A stretch of DNA of 64,000 nucleotides from the human T2T-CHM13v2.0 reference genome, Homo sapiens (GCF_009914755.1 NC_060925.1), one strand, 5' to 3'. Counted from the first letter of the stretch, positions 27,179 to 44,660 are shown. Notes: a model not told the origin generated them from the letters alone. Made by a program: numbers and translations.

Positions 27179-28341
27179 TTGTGAGATTTGCAGCAATGTA
27201 AGCAATGCAGGCATGTATGTGAGATTTGGCTCCATACTAAATCTGGCATCATGCTTAATTGTATTAAAAACCTGAACATATTTTGTTTTCGAGTACATAC
27301 ATGACGGCCCATCAGTGATAAACAGCTTGAGATTAAAAATTACTAGAAAGTCTCACCTTTTTTATTACTACTTAATCCAAGTGAATGTCACTTTAAATTA
27401 GTTTGAGAGAAATTCTAATCAATATAATTTCCTTAAGGACAAGGCCAATGTTTCCTGAACATTAAAACTTTGTACCCATATCACAGTTCTTCTTCATTAA
27501 AGGAAAAGATCTAAAACCAACACAAACTATTGATTCAAGTGACTCACACTAGAAACAAACACCACTCAAACAGTTCCACTTTCATCCACCTCTCCAAACA
27601 ACAATATATAATGTACTATTTCTGTTCAGAACTTATAAAAGCCTTCCACTAGAAACTAAAGAACATGGATGATTTTATACATATGCATACACAAGCAAAA
27701 CACAAAAGAGAACAAACAGCAAACAAATAAAAATTAGAAGCAAAACAAACAGGAAACCAACCCCAACATTTCCCCACTCAGTCTACCCTGGAGACTACCA
27801 TGTTACCCAGAGCCCAAAAAACCACATGATGAATATTTTATTCTTCATACACAATTCAATATCCTTAAGTCCACCAATATCACCATACATCCTGTGCAAT
27901 CAAGAAATTCACCCTAGGTACATGACCTATTAGTAAGTACTCCAGTGCCAGCACTATTGATGCAAAACAGCAAACATAGTGTGAAGCAATACAGGCATGT
28001 ATGTGAGATTTGGCTTCACACTAAATCTGGCTTCATGCTTAACTGTATTAAAAAAGAACTGCCAAACCGCCAATGCATTTGTTTAAAATATTTCTTATTT
28101 TGCCTTCATCAAGACTAAGAATTTTAACTATGAAAGTGTTAATTATCCAAATTTCTCCAATTCTTTATAAGGTTTTAAAGAATATTTTATTATCTAAACT
28201 TTCTAATTTCTCTGTATGTGCAAAGAAACAAACAAACGAAAACTACATATGACTTACACAGACCATGCGTGACATGCTTAAGCTTTCCATCCAGTCCCAG
28301 ATTTTATTCTTCTTCATTTTTCTTTAAAGAACCAGTCATTT

Positions 28342-28657
28342 GGCCAGGTGCGGTGGCTCATGCCTGTAATCCCAACACTTTGGGAGGCCAACGTGGGTGG
28401 ATCACGAGGTCAGGAGATCGAGACCATCCTGGCTAACATGGTGAAACCCTGTCTCTACTAAAAATACAAAAAATTAGCCGGGCGTGGTGGCAGGCACCTG
28501 TAGTCCCAGCTACTCGGGAGGTAGCCACTCAGCTACTGAAGCAGGAGAATGGCGTGAACCCAGGAGGCAGAGCTTGCAGTGAGCCAAGATTGCACTGCTG
28601 CACTCCAGCCTGGGTGACAGAGCAAGACTCTGTCTCAAAAAAAAAAAAAAAAAAAAA
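28342..28657 (+). mobile_element. AluY-like element
   Basis: Y diagnostics, poly(A) tail, TSD. Confidence 0.92.
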
Positions 28658-28769
28658 CAGTTATTTTGCTCCAGGACAAAAATTCATCATACAAAATTCT
28701 TTCTCATACAAACTTACTATCTTCTCTTTATAACCTTCCTTACCAAAAAATATATCTTCATATCCATAA

Positions 28770-29116
<347 letters not shown>

Positions 29117-29301
29117 ATAAAAAAATTTTCATGTCCATAATTTGAATTAACTTTTAATAACTTCTAAATTAGACAAAATTATTTTTTTCTCACTAATAAC
29201 ATCTTTTGGCCCATTTCATATACAGAATTATATATTAACTATAATTATTATCCTTAATAACCTTAAATTTTAGTGAAACCCTAAAAAGCAAGAAATCCTG
29301 A

Positions 29302-29698
<397 letters not shown>

Positions 29699-29878
29699 CA
29701 TAACCCTTTCTTAATTGGAAATGACCCAGATACCCACATAGCCAATGAGCATCAAAAATAATTTTAAGATTTTAAGTTACACAAAAAGTTTACCTAAAAC
29801 ATTTATCCCATTGACATGTATTTGGTTTCTTCATTTTTAACAGTTTATCTAGATTACTTCTGAAAACTGAGATATTAG

Positions 29879-30242
<364 letters not shown>

Positions 30243-31656
30243 CAACCATTTTCTTAATAGCCAGTGAACATCAGGTGCTCACCTAAATAAGAGGCTCAAA
30301 GTTAAATACATAGATATTTTTGCCAATAACTCAGAAGATTCACCTAACAACATTAAATTAGTCTCATCTGTCAAAGAAGGCATACCAAAATCATTTTGTT
30401 TTGGCTAGATTAACAGCTTTATAACCTTCTATGCCAAACACTGAAACCTCAAAATATCTAGCAGAGACATATATAAAACCCAAACAAAAATGTATGCTGA
30501 CAATTTCATTCTACCAATAATTTTAAAGCCGGTTTGTTTAGTAAAGATTTACATAAGTCACGTGAACTTGAAAATTGCTTGGACTTTTTCACCTAACGTA
30601 TGAGTGCTCTTTTACTTATAAGCCAGTTTGGTAGACACAACATGTAACAATAAGTGTACATACAAATAGACACATACAAGTAGACACACACACAAACGAA
30701 AATCCAATAATTTTACCTTAGAACTCTAGCCATGAAATGCCAATACAAGCGTACTGGTTTTACATGGTTATACGTTGTTTGCCCCAATAGTTAATCCAGT
30801 GAAGAATGTGAACCAAAATTTTGGGTAAAGCAGTGTCCATGGCAGTTTGATTTTTAAAGGCCAAACTTCCCCGGACTCCAAAGAACACTGGGGCTAAACA
30901 GCACCGAAGGAAAACATCACATATTAACCAGGCCCAACTCTGCTTAGAACAGCAGCACAAAAGCCTGGATCCATGCAACTCCATCCCACTTTTCCATTCA
31001 GCAGCAAAGTCCAGATTCCAAACAAGATTGGGGCCAAATAGTATTGCAAAAGAATATCAAGTTGGCTAAATTCTGATTTCCCATGACTATATCAAACACA
31101 CACAATCACCAAAACACTATCCAACTGCTGCAGCAACAAACAAGCCCCTAGTGTCCAAACTGAAACAGCCAGAGTGCACCCTTTCTCTACTGGTTGGGCT
31201 TGATCGACCTGCAAATGGAAATTCCATAAAGAATTTCCCAAATTGAGAGGAGCTGATCCCACTGTCTGGTACCCAAAAGAGACACTCACTTGCCGGGACA
31301 CAACACACAATTACAAACAAGTCCTCAAGAGTGTCCATACTGAAACAGTCAGGGTGCTTCCCTCTCAGTCAGTTGGTCTTGTTCCACCTACAAATGGAAA
31401 TTCCTTTAAAATTTTCCCAAATTGAGAGGAGCAGATGCTGCTCACCTATCTGTGTACAGATGTCAAATTTCAAAGGCAGTTCTTCCAAGGCAATCAGGAA
31501 CAAAGTTGGGGCTGGCTGTGGCAGGGCCAGAGAGAGACGGAAATTCACCTCCAGCCAAAATTAGGTGGGCAGCTGCTTAGGAGGGCTTCTGAGACTCCCA
31601 GCCCACAGCAACCGAGCTGCCATGAGCAAGACATTCCCGGTCAAGGAAACAAAATA

Positions 31657-32075
31657 TATTGCTGAAACACCAGGAGTTTGGTCAAGGTCCTGGTGCTTGC
31701 AGCATAGAAAGCCAATCACTGGGAGGACAAGTATTACCAAGGAAGAAGGCTTTAATCAGGTGCTGCAGCCAAGGAGATGGGAGCTCAGTCTCAAATCCAT
31801 ATCTCTGACTGACTAAAACGGGGAGGGTTTATATACCAGGGAAGAAATATTACATGGGTAAGAAAACAAGAACTAGGGAGGGGCCAAGGGCCACCCGGTG
31901 CAGTGATCTGGTGAGTTTCAGTTCTTTGACATTTCCTTTTTAAGGAGCCTGAAGGTCCTTTCCTGAAGAACGAACTCAGATAAAACAAATACAGGTTTCA
32001 GGCTTTAAGAGAAGAAGGGTAAATTTCTATGTTTATTCAAAAACAACTGTCTATGGAACTATTGAGACAGTTTCA
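31657..32075 (-). mobile_element. ERV1 LTR (MER65-like), 5' LTR of copy A
   Basis: Minus strand starts TGAAAC; about 420 bp; homologous to 38647-39049. Confidence 0.78.
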
Positions 32076-33600
32076 TTAGCAATATGGACATATAAAATTT
32101 CACAAATGAAAAAACAAAGCAATTATTAACTTTAGGAAACACAAATTATTGTATGGAAAAGAGAAATGAATCATTGTATACTACATGGCTCAACTGTGAC
32201 CAGCAATTATATAAATCATAATTAAATTCTGACTATTGATCTACTCAAAATTAGGAGGATGAAAGGACGGGAATTTGCAGGGGCAGGGGAAGGTGCTGAA
32301 GGAAAGCTAAATCCTCGTCTTTCATAGAGAGAAGTCAATAGAGAATGCCTAAAAATGATAAGTCAAAGAGGCAACGTAAGTACATTAATCAAAGCAGAGT
32401 ATGGAAGTAGATATAAAGGAATTAGCTAAACTAATTGAAATTGTTGCCTCTGAGGATTGAGAAATTGAATGGAATGTAGAATAAGAGATACTGTTCTTTG
32501 TAATAAGCCTTATAGAGTTATTTGACTATGAGCATATATAATTTTCATAAATAAATTAATAAAATATTAGGAAAACTTTGCTTTCCTTCCAGTTTACTAT
32601 TGCAGGCACATTTTTATTTTTCTCCCCTTATGCATATGGGAAAACTGACAAGGATATCTGTTTTAAAAACAAAGAAAAGAAAAGAAAGAGTCAAAGCAAA
32701 ATAGAACGAATTAAGAAACTAAAGGTTGACTAGAGGAGAAAACTTATCTTGCATAAGAAGATGGGTGAGAAACTGTTTGTGTCAATCTTGGCTCTGGATG
32801 AAGGAAAGAAAAAACTTCAGACAAGGTCTCTGCATGACAATTTCTAACCAAAAGTCCCTACTCAGACAAGTTTTAGTCTAGAATTTGCATTCAATTTGTG
32901 GCTTAAGGCGATCTTGGCTGAAAATTTACCTTAAAAGGACCCCACAGTAGTAGTGTCCCTAGGCCCCAAGCAGAAGCAAATGCAAATTTTCTCTGGAGGA
33001 GTACCTTTTAAATATAGGCTTCAAAGAATTCCCATAAATAGTGTTCTGAGGAACATGAGCTCACAATCAAAAGTCATTAAATACTTGAAAAAATAAACCA
33101 CCAGAAGTGAAAATCAACAACAACAAAAAAATCAAACTACAGAATAAAACCAACAAAGACTCATAGCTAGTATGATTATTAAAATAAGAAAATTTCATGT
33201 CTGAAAAAATAAAAAAGGAATTTGAAAATAAGACAAAAAAGCAAAAGTCTTCCAAAATTGCATAGGCAGATTTGAAAAGGAACCAAATAATACTTCTAGA
33301 AATGAAAACTATTATAATTAGAAGCTCAATGGACAGATTGAACAGTAGATTAGACACATCTGAAGGGGGAATTTGTGAGCTAAAAGAATAAATTGCCCAG
33401 ATTGCAGCCCAGAGAGATAAAGATATAGTAAAAGACAAAGAGGAGGGAGTGGGATAATGCAATGTATGTCTAATTGAAGTTTGAGAAAGAAAGAATGAGG
33501 AGAGGCAACATTACAATAAGGTACAGCCAAGAGTTTTTCCAGAATTGATGAAAGATGCCAATCATCAAATCCAGGAAGCCCAGTGGATCCCAAGCAGGGC
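32076..33600 (+). mobile_element. Old L1M fragments (3'UTR-like piece and 5'/ORF1 piece)
   Basis: A-rich; ORF1-like segments such as aacagtagattagacacatctgaag at about 33340. Confidence 0.65.
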
Positions 33601-34474
33601 GCATGGGACAGGAGGACAGGGCAACTAGAACACTGAGGGTGCTGTTGGGAAGATGGAGGAAGAAACTCACTGGGGTCTAGCTGGCCAGAAAAGGGAGTAA
33701 ATCTAAAAGGAGCCAATTTGGTAGGCAAGAAATTGAGTTGTCCAGGAAGAGAGGGTTCTCAGTTCAGTCCAAGATCATGTGTGTCATGCACAGAGCAGTT
33801 ACAGCAGTTGTGGTCAGAGAACAGTGCTAGAGTGAAAGACCTAAAGCATGGCATCAGGGGAAGCCACAGGAGCGGGTGCTGGCATGGCGTGGAGGCCAAG
33901 GTCACTAATGCTGCAAGTTCAGCCTTGCGGGGCAGGGGTGAGCCGTGGACCCTGGTGGACACTGCCATTGCCCAGGATGATGCCAGCACCTGAGACAGGG
34001 AGGATGACTCAGGGGAGAAAGTTCTCAAGGAACAAGGTATGAGTGGACACACCTGGAGAGGCACGAAGGGGTCTGTCTCCAGGAGCAGGGGTTTTGCACA
34101 AGGAGAAAGACTGGCAGTTCAGAAGCCAACATAGGTCAGGAGAAGAGTGCCATCCTGCTAGGATGTGGAGAATGGGAGAAGGGGCAGCCTCCATGGGTGG
34201 GGGCCTCTGTGCAGGCGGATCTGGGGGCTCAGGAGAGGGGCTGGGCTGGGGTGGTTCTCAGTATTCACCTCATCACTCTGAAGTATGCTGCTTCACTTCT
34301 CCATCTCTCTGCGAGACAGCAAAATGGCTTATCACTGTACCTCCAGCATCTGGGATTGAGTGCTCCACAGTAGGTGCCCAATAAATGTTTGAGGAAGCAG
34401 GGAGGGAGGAGGGGAGGATCGGCTCTGCAGCAGTGCAATGGACAGGCCCACATGAGTCCTGTTGTCTCTTACAG

Positions 34475-34689
34475 AACCCAGCAGGGACATGCTCAGCACA
34501 GCTCCCACCGCAAGGTTGAATGAGCAAGAAGAAACTGGGAGGATCATTGAAATGCAGCGCCTAGAAATCCAGCGCCTCAGAGACCAGATCCAAGAGCAAG
34601 AGCAGGTCACAGGGTTCCACACCCTCGCTGGAGTTCGGCTTCCTTCCCTCTCCAACTCCGAGGTAGACTTAGAGGTGAAGACCAACTGA
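34475..34689 (+). CDS. CFAP57: CFAP57 terminal coding exon ([11 protein letters not shown]...DLEVKTN*)
   Basis: tctcttacag acceptor; phase 1 matches the previous exon; TGA at 34687-34689; short 3'UTR with AATAAA follows. Confidence 0.92.
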
Positions 34690-34836
34690 CCCCCTCTGGT
34701 GAGCCATCTCCAGCCACAGCCAGAAGAAACACAGCATGTCTGTCCCCAAGCCAGACTTGCGGTTGGAGTCTGTATGGTCCCTGCAGCACTGACCCCAGCA
34801 ACCTCTTTCTCTTGCCCTGGGGAATTTGGGACACAG

Positions 34837-34842
34837 AATAAA
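34837..34842 (+). terminator. CFAP57: CFAP57 polyadenylation signal
   Basis: AATAAA about 148 nt after the stop codon, followed by GU/U-rich sequence. Confidence 0.85.
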
Positions 34843-35093
34843 GGTGTTTGCCCACACCTTGTCTAACTTCTGCTTAGCTGGGGGGCCAAGGCCAGAAGAG
34901 GGAAAGAGAGGAGGCTGAGGACTGGGGGCTCCAGCTCATCTGAAGCCACCTCTGCTTGTCCCTTTCTGGGCACAGGACTGCCTGGCACTGAGAGATCACA
35001 CTGGACTTGGGCTCTCTCCTCTGCCAGCTCAGGCAGGACCAAAGCCTGTTCATTCCTATCTCCTTCAGGAAATGCAGCGAGGCTTTCTAAGGA

Positions 35094-35516
35094 CTTTTTT
35101 TTTTTTTTTTTTTGAGACGAGTCTCACTCTGTCGCCCAGGCTGGAGTGCAATAGCGCAATCTCGGCTCACTGCAAGCTCCACCTCCCAGGTTCACGCCAT
35201 TCTCCTGCCTCAGCCTCCTGAGTAGCTGTGACTACAGGCGCCCACCACCACACTCAGCTAATTTTTTGTATTTTTAGTGGAGACGGGGTTTCACCATGTT
35301 AGCCAGGATGGTCTCCATCTCCTGACCTCGTGATCCGCTGGGATTACAGGTGTGAGCCACCGCACCCAGCCACACTCAGCTAATTTTTGTATTTTTAGTG
35401 GAGATGGGGTTTCACCATGTTGGCTAGGTTAGTCTCGAACTCCTGACTTCAAGTGATCCACCTGCCTTGGCCTCCCAAAGTGCTGGCATTACAGGCGTGA
35501 GCCACCATGCCCAGCC
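35094..35516 (-). mobile_element. Composite Alu: AluY-like dimer plus an extra left arm
   Basis: Two consecutive left monomers; see findings. Confidence 0.88.
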
Positions 35517-38500
35517 TCTGAGGGTTTTTTTTTTTTTTAATCTGTGTAAAGAAGAAGGAAAAGATGACAGTAAAATAACAGACATGGGAAGTGTTGGAAA
35601 AATTCCCCAAAGTCTTACATTATCTGCTGACCCTGTTCTTGGAACTGTAAGTAGAGCCCTGCCCTCATTTCCCTTGCCTCCATGTCATTCTAGACTTGTC
35701 ATCTTTGTTCTGCAGGGTCCTGCTCTGCTCCTCCATTTCTGGAGTGAGAGAGGATGCACTTCTCCCTCTGGTTATTCCTCTCAGGCGCCATCCTGGGAGA
35801 CCCAGCCACACACAGGTACCAGGAGAGATAGTTCTTTATGCATTAAAGAGCAAAAGAATATAATCCAATGTCCCTCTCTTCTCCCACCTGCAGAAGCCAG
35901 ATGCCCCTCTAATACCCAAATAAGAAATATTTAAGCCCACAGTCCCTGCTGGTCCCTGCTGGTCACCTATGGCTGTCTTAAACCTGGCATTGTCCCATCT
36001 TTCCCTAATCACTTTACTGAAAGTCTGGGCACTGCTCATGGGTTGACTTTCACAGAGAGCTGAGGCTTGGCAGTCACATTTGGCAAGGTCTCCCAAAGGC
36101 TGGTGTAGCAGAAGGAGCATGCAGGCAAAGGCCTTGGAGCAAAGGGTTCCACAGGGTCTGCAGGAGACTCTGTCTGCTGAGCAACAACCCCGACCCAGCC
36201 TGCACCCTGTCACAGCAGCCAGCCCCTTCCCCCCTGCTGGCATGTTCTTCACATGTACTCGCCCCACTGGGAAGCCAGATCCAGAGAGCAGGGAAGGATC
36301 CAGGCACCCCCAGAGAGGTTCAGCTGCAAAGATGACAGCCCATTACATTATTATGATGGGTAGGTGGGATCTTCCAGGACCCAGATTCCTCCACTCCAAA
36401 CTAGCATGCTGGCTTCACCTTTGAAGAAGAAACGGACTTGAAATGAGACTGGGGATGAGGGGCCAGCAGGGGCAGATTGTGCAGGACCGTGAAGGCACAC
36501 AGAAGCTGTGGGCCACCCAGAGGCCAATGCTAAGCCGCTGGGAGTCACCGCCACTGCTCACCAAGCTCTTGCCACATTGGCGTCCTTTCAGTTCGTACAA
36601 GAGGCCGAGGTCTTTCCTGCCTTCATCTCTTTCCACATACAGTTTCCTCTGCCCCCTCTGCTCTTGCCCCCACACCTCACTTTGTGAACTTCTATTTATC
36701 CTTTAGATCTCACCTTAAAGGGCACTTCTTCAGAAAGGCAGTCCTTGACTCCCTCCTATCTAAACTGCACCCACCACATCGTTTTTCTTCTTAATCATCA
36801 CGGTAACATGTCTGTCTAGTTGCTTAATATTTGTCTGTCCTGCTAGGAGAGTTCTACAGGGTAAGGGATGCAGTAGTGGACACAAGGGATGTTGTGGTTG
36901 CCCAGGTGAAACAGGACAGTGGCTTGGACCAGGATGATGGCAGTGGGGAGGAAGACACGTGAACTCTTCGGACTTAAGGACTGGTGAGGGTTAGCCAAAC
37001 CAAGGTGCATGGAGCAGGGGCCTGGGAAGAAGAAAAATGCACTAGAGACTGGAGCTTTCCTGAAGACCAGAAGGAAATTCTTAATGGCTAGGACATATCA
37101 ATATTCAAGTGATAGATTTTTTAACTGCAAAATGACTTAGAATCGAGATGTCACATTCCACGTACAAGATGGACCTTGGTTCTCAGACAAGGAAATCCAA
37201 ACCAAAGAGGAGTAAAGTGACTGGCACGTAGTCACACAGGCAGGGGTGGGGCTGCAGGCCAGTCGGCCCAGTGACTCCAAAGGTGCTGCTCTTACGCACT
37301 GCACTGGAGAGATGCCCAAACAAAACACTGTAGGCCAAGTGAAGGTTATAGGAACTTGAAACCCTGAGAGTCTAAATCAGAAGTTAAAGGAGTGGAAACT
37401 CCCAGGCTAAGCTAACCTAAGCCTAACCTAAACCTGGATGCTGTCCAGCTGGTGAGGAGGAAGTATGGGCCAAGGGAGGGCCCCACCCTAGCAGAACCTG
37501 GCACCTTGGCCAGCAGGTCAACAAGGTCTTTTCTTGGCTGCACAGGGGTGCACACAGCTTCTTGTTAGTAAATGTAGGGCCAGAGGTTCAATCTTGCTTA
37601 TGTCTCCATGTTCTGTCTTCAGTGCTTGCTCCTAATCCACCCATCGGGAGGCATTGGTTCTCTAGCATCTGAGACCTCCCTCTACTTTTGTCTATCCAGA
37701 CTCCGTGGGGAAACTGAAGGCATTCACCCCATTGGTGCCCCCTTTTCCTTCACGAGTCTCTTCATCCAGTTTACTGCTTCAGCCCTGACAGTGCTGGAGT
37801 GGGCCTAGCAGTCACCTCCTCCTGTAAGCAGCCTTAGGGCCCCTGCTGGTCACTCAAGTGACTAGGCATTGGCACACAGACTCCACTCTTGCTCTCCCGG
37901 TTGCAGTCCATCATTGAGCTCTAGGTACTCATTCAATTCTGGTGTGATGACTGGTGCCTTTGGGGAGTGCTGTGCCTCTTTGGTATAATAGCCTCCAGAA
38001 TTCCTCACTGGGCCCTCTCACCTTCTAGAGTTTTGGCATCAGCTGTGGCCAAGCAGTGTGGGCTACCTAGCTGAGGCTCCCCTGGTGTCCTGCTATCTCA
38101 ACATTGAAAAGCCTGCCCTACAGAAGGTTCTAGCATCACTGTCCTGCTTCTTATACAAAATATGGCCAGCCATTGCTGGTCCCAGGAGGTACCTGAGGGC
38201 CTGGGAACATCTGTGTGCCCAGGCAGGACCCCCTTATAATCATTCCTCTGCATTCGGAGTGAGAAGTGAAAGGGAAGACATCTTAGGGCCAGGAACGGGG
38301 GTTCACTCTTTCTGAACTCCCATGGGGTGAGCTCTCCTAGACCACTGGGGTTCAAGGGCCTACTTAGGCTTCAAGCATGTCTAAGATGTGCCCAGACTGC
38401 CCTGAGCTGAGGTAGGCTGGGGAGCAGATTTCCAAGAAAATAAGCCTGCCCTGTGCACCTGGAAGCAGGAGGGACTAGCATGACTAATCACCTACGATGA

Positions 38501-38646
38501 CCAGTAGAATACAAGAATTTGTATATGTTGCTCGTCTGCTATGTGTCACATGGTGGGATTTGGCAGGGGCTACAAATAGGAATTAGTGCTAGCCACCTAA
38601 TGCATGTATTAATATATTAAGTGTATTATAAGTGGAACTATGAGAA

Positions 38647-39049
38647 TGTTAGGGAAACACCCGAGGTTTGGTCCAGGTCCTGCTGCTCACCACACGGAAA
38701 GCCAATCACTGAGAAGACAAGTATTGCCAAGGAAGAAGGCTTTAATCAGGTGCTGCAGCCAAGGAGATGAGAGCTCAGCCTCAAATCTATCTCCCTGACT
38801 AAAACTAGGGGTTTATGTTACCAGGGAAGAAATGTAACAATGTGTAAGAAAACAAGGACTACAGAGGGGCAAGGAGGCATCTGGTGCAGTGATCTGGTGA
38901 GTTTCAGTTCTCTGATACTTTTTTTAAAGGTCCTTTCCTGAGGAAGGAACTCAGATAAAACTAATACAAGTTTCAAGCTTTAACAGCAGAAGGATCAATT
39001 TCTATGTTCCTCCAAAAGAACAGTCTGTGGGAGTCTTGGGCCAGTTTCC
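38647..39049 (-). mobile_element. ERV1 LTR (MER65-like), 3' LTR of copy B
   Basis: Homologous to 31657-32075; internal sequence lies on its right. Confidence 0.78.
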
Positions 39050-39505
39050 GTGCTCACTTTCTATTTGTCAATTGCTCAATCATGAGGAATCTGGCTGTCG
39101 ATCTTCCTGGCTGCTTCATGCTGAGGAGGGGTGTCATAGGCAGCTCCATACCATGAGTGACCATGTGGCCACTGAGGAATCAAAGATTAAGCTAATATAG
39201 AGTTTTCTTCTGAAACACAATCTTTCTGTCTCCAGTCTGCCACTTCCACCAAAGACGAATCACAGCAGGACCAATCTACCTGCAAGATAGGCTTCGGTCC
39301 CGTATGCTTGACCTGATTATCTACACAAAGTGCAGCAAGAATCATTGCCAACATAAGCTCTCCAAAATTGGCTTTGCTGGAACCTATCATAAGGCCATTT
39401 CAGTCAAAGCACTGGGAAAATAACCAGTTCCTCCAAGTGTGTCCCATTACAAAAGAAAACAGGTTCTTATTAAATGTATGAAAAGAAACACATTGCCATG
39501 AATTA

Positions 39506-40192
<687 letters not shown>

Positions 40193-40487
40193 TCAAATTC
40201 TGCTTACAAAAGTATACTCAATACACTTAAAGTATATTTCAAGGATATAAATAACTCAAAAGAAAAAAATTCTCCAGACTCTGAAAAACAAAAGGAATCG
40301 GCAATATTTCAAACAACAAAAGCCATTAAAAAATTATTTCAGTCCCTTATTAGTTCAGTCCATGCAATCAACTCCTGCTCTGCCTCATATTGGGATATGA
40401 ACACATTAGCCTTTCAATAAGGGCCCTGAAAGTTTTCTCTCTAATCCAATGGCACAATCTCCAAAGTTATCAGAAACCTGCTTTCAA

Positions 40488-40733
40488 GAGTGCAGTGTGG
40501 CACCATCTTGGCTCACTGCAACCTCCACCTCCTGGGTTCAAGAGATTCTCGTGTCTCAGCCTCCCAAGTAGCTGGGAGGCATACAACACCACACCCACCT
40601 AATTTTTGTATTTTTAGTAGAGACAGGGTTTCGCCATGTTGGCCAGTGTGGTCTTGAACTCCTGGCCTCAAGTGATCCACTACTTCAGTCTCCCAAAGTG
40701 CTGAGATTACAGGCATGAGCCCCCATGCCTGGT
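40488..40733 (-). mobile_element. Truncated AluS lacking its 3' end and tail
   Basis: Begins at gagtgcagtg with no poly(T). Confidence 0.85.
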
Positions 40734-41243
40734 CCCAATTTTCTATTAAAGAGCAGATCAATACTCCAAGACAACCCTGTCATTCCAAAACATGGGCCCA
40801 GACGCTGGCCTTGCATCACTGTCCTGAGGATTTGACTGGAATCAATGCTGAAAATTTATTGGGTTGGTGCCTTCTTGAGGCTCAAGAGTCAAAGCCCTGT
40901 AACTTAACAGCACAAACATTAATTAATAGGATATTTATACTACAGAAAGTCCTGTCGTTTTCTCTAACATGTTACAAATTAAAACACTGTGATTTGGTGT
41001 TTAGGAATAACTGCCTGCAGTATTTCAAACCAGGGTATTAAAGTAGTTAGGTTACTCATTGCATATGTCTAATTGCTAGTATTCTAGTGACAGAACTGTG
41101 ACCCAAAGTATCAAAAATGTGATAAGCCCTATGCCAAACTTATCAAACTAAGACAACTTTTTCCTCTATCATTGAAATATGGTAAATGCAAATATCAGTT
41201 TTGGAAATTCAATATGAGAAATAATCTCCTTTCACTTAAATAC

Positions 41244-42487
<1,244 letters not shown>

Positions 42488-43707
42488 TCATCACACTTCC
42501 AAGACTGGTTTCCAGACACAGTACTGACAACTGATTAGGTAACTTTTACTGCCAAAATCTTCAAACCAGTGCAACACTTGCACATATTTTGTTTTCAAGT
42601 TACACACATGAAGGTCAATCAGTGATAAACTACTTGAGATAAAAACAAAATCACTAGAAAATATCACCTTTTTTTTATTACTACTTAATCCAAGTGAATG
42701 TCACTTTAAATTCATTTGAGAGAAATTCTAATCAATATAATTTTCTTAAGGACAAGGCCAATCTTTCCTGAACATTAAAACTTTGTATCCATATCACAGT
42801 TTTTCTTCATTAAAGGAAATGATCTGAAATCAACCCAAACTATTGATTCAGTTGACTCACCCTGGAAACAAACACCATGCAAACAGTTCCACTCTTATCC
42901 ACCTCTCCAAACAACAAAATATATAATGTACTATTTCTGTTCAGAACTTAAAAAAATAAGTCTTTTGTTTTTTAGCTCTAGATCATCAGAGGCAAGCAAA
43001 ACCAACCAAATTCCAAATGGCTGGTGTGCTCCATCAATTCCTGCAGGCCCAACAAAGGTAGCCTAGGAATTCCAGATAAACAGAACAAATGATGACTTCC
43101 TAGAAATGCACAGAAAACAAAATAACTATTCACAGAACAAAGTAAAAGCCTTCCACTAGAAACTAAAAACCATACATTGTTTTATATATATATACATACA
43201 CAAGCAAAACGCAAAGCAGAACAAACAGCAAACAAATGAAAATTAGAAGCAAAAACAAACAGGAAACCAACCCCAACCTTTCCTCAACTTAGTCTACCCT
43301 GGAGGCTACCATGCTATCCAGAGCCCAAAAAAAAAAACACGTGATGAATATTTTATTCCTCATACACAATTCAGTATCCTTAAGTCCACCAATATCACCA
43401 TACATCCTGTGAAATCAAGAAATTCACTCTAGGCACATGACCAGTAAGTACTCTAGCACCAGCACTATTCATGCAAAACAGCAAACCTAGTGTGAAGCAA
43501 TGCAGGCAGGTATGTGAGATTTGGTGCAACACTAAATCTGGCTTCATACTTAACTGTATTAAAAAAGAATTGCCAAACTGCTAATGTATTTCTGTGCAAT
43601 ATTTATTATTTTACCTTCATCAAGATGAAGAGCTTTAACTATGAAAATGTTAAGTACTATGAAAATGTTAAGTATCCAAATTTCTCCAATTCTCTACCAG
43701 GTTTTAA

Positions 43708-44049
<342 letters not shown>

Positions 44050-44660
44050 AAAACTTTTTCAACTTTCTATTTTTCTCTGCATGTGCAGAGAAACAAGAAA
44101 AACTACATACAACTTACACAGACTATGCACTACATGCCTGGGCTTTCCATCCAGTCCCAGATTTTTTTCTTCTTGTTTTTACTTTAAATAACCAGTCATT
44201 TTACTCCAACACAAAAAATTCACCACACAAGATCCTTTCTCATACAAAATTATTATCTTTTCTTTACAATCTTCTTTGCCAAAAATACATCTTCATATCC
44301 ATGACTTTATTCACACCTCTCTCCCTTACTTACTGGTTCCTTACTACTTTGTTTCATAAATAATCATTTTCAAGTCCATAATTTGAATTAACTTTACTTT
44401 TAGATAACTTCTGAATTAGACATAATTATTCTTTTTCTCACTAAATAGCCCATTTGTGGCACATTTTATAGACATAATTATATATTAACTATAATTCTTA
44501 TCCTTGGTAACCTTAAATTTTAGTGAAACCCTAAGAAGCAATAAATCCTGAACTATCAGATATGAGCATTTTATAGCTGAGAACCATTCCACAATTTCTA
44601 GAAACATATTTCCCCATATCATAACCCTTTCTTAACTGAAAATGACCCAGATGTCAATGA

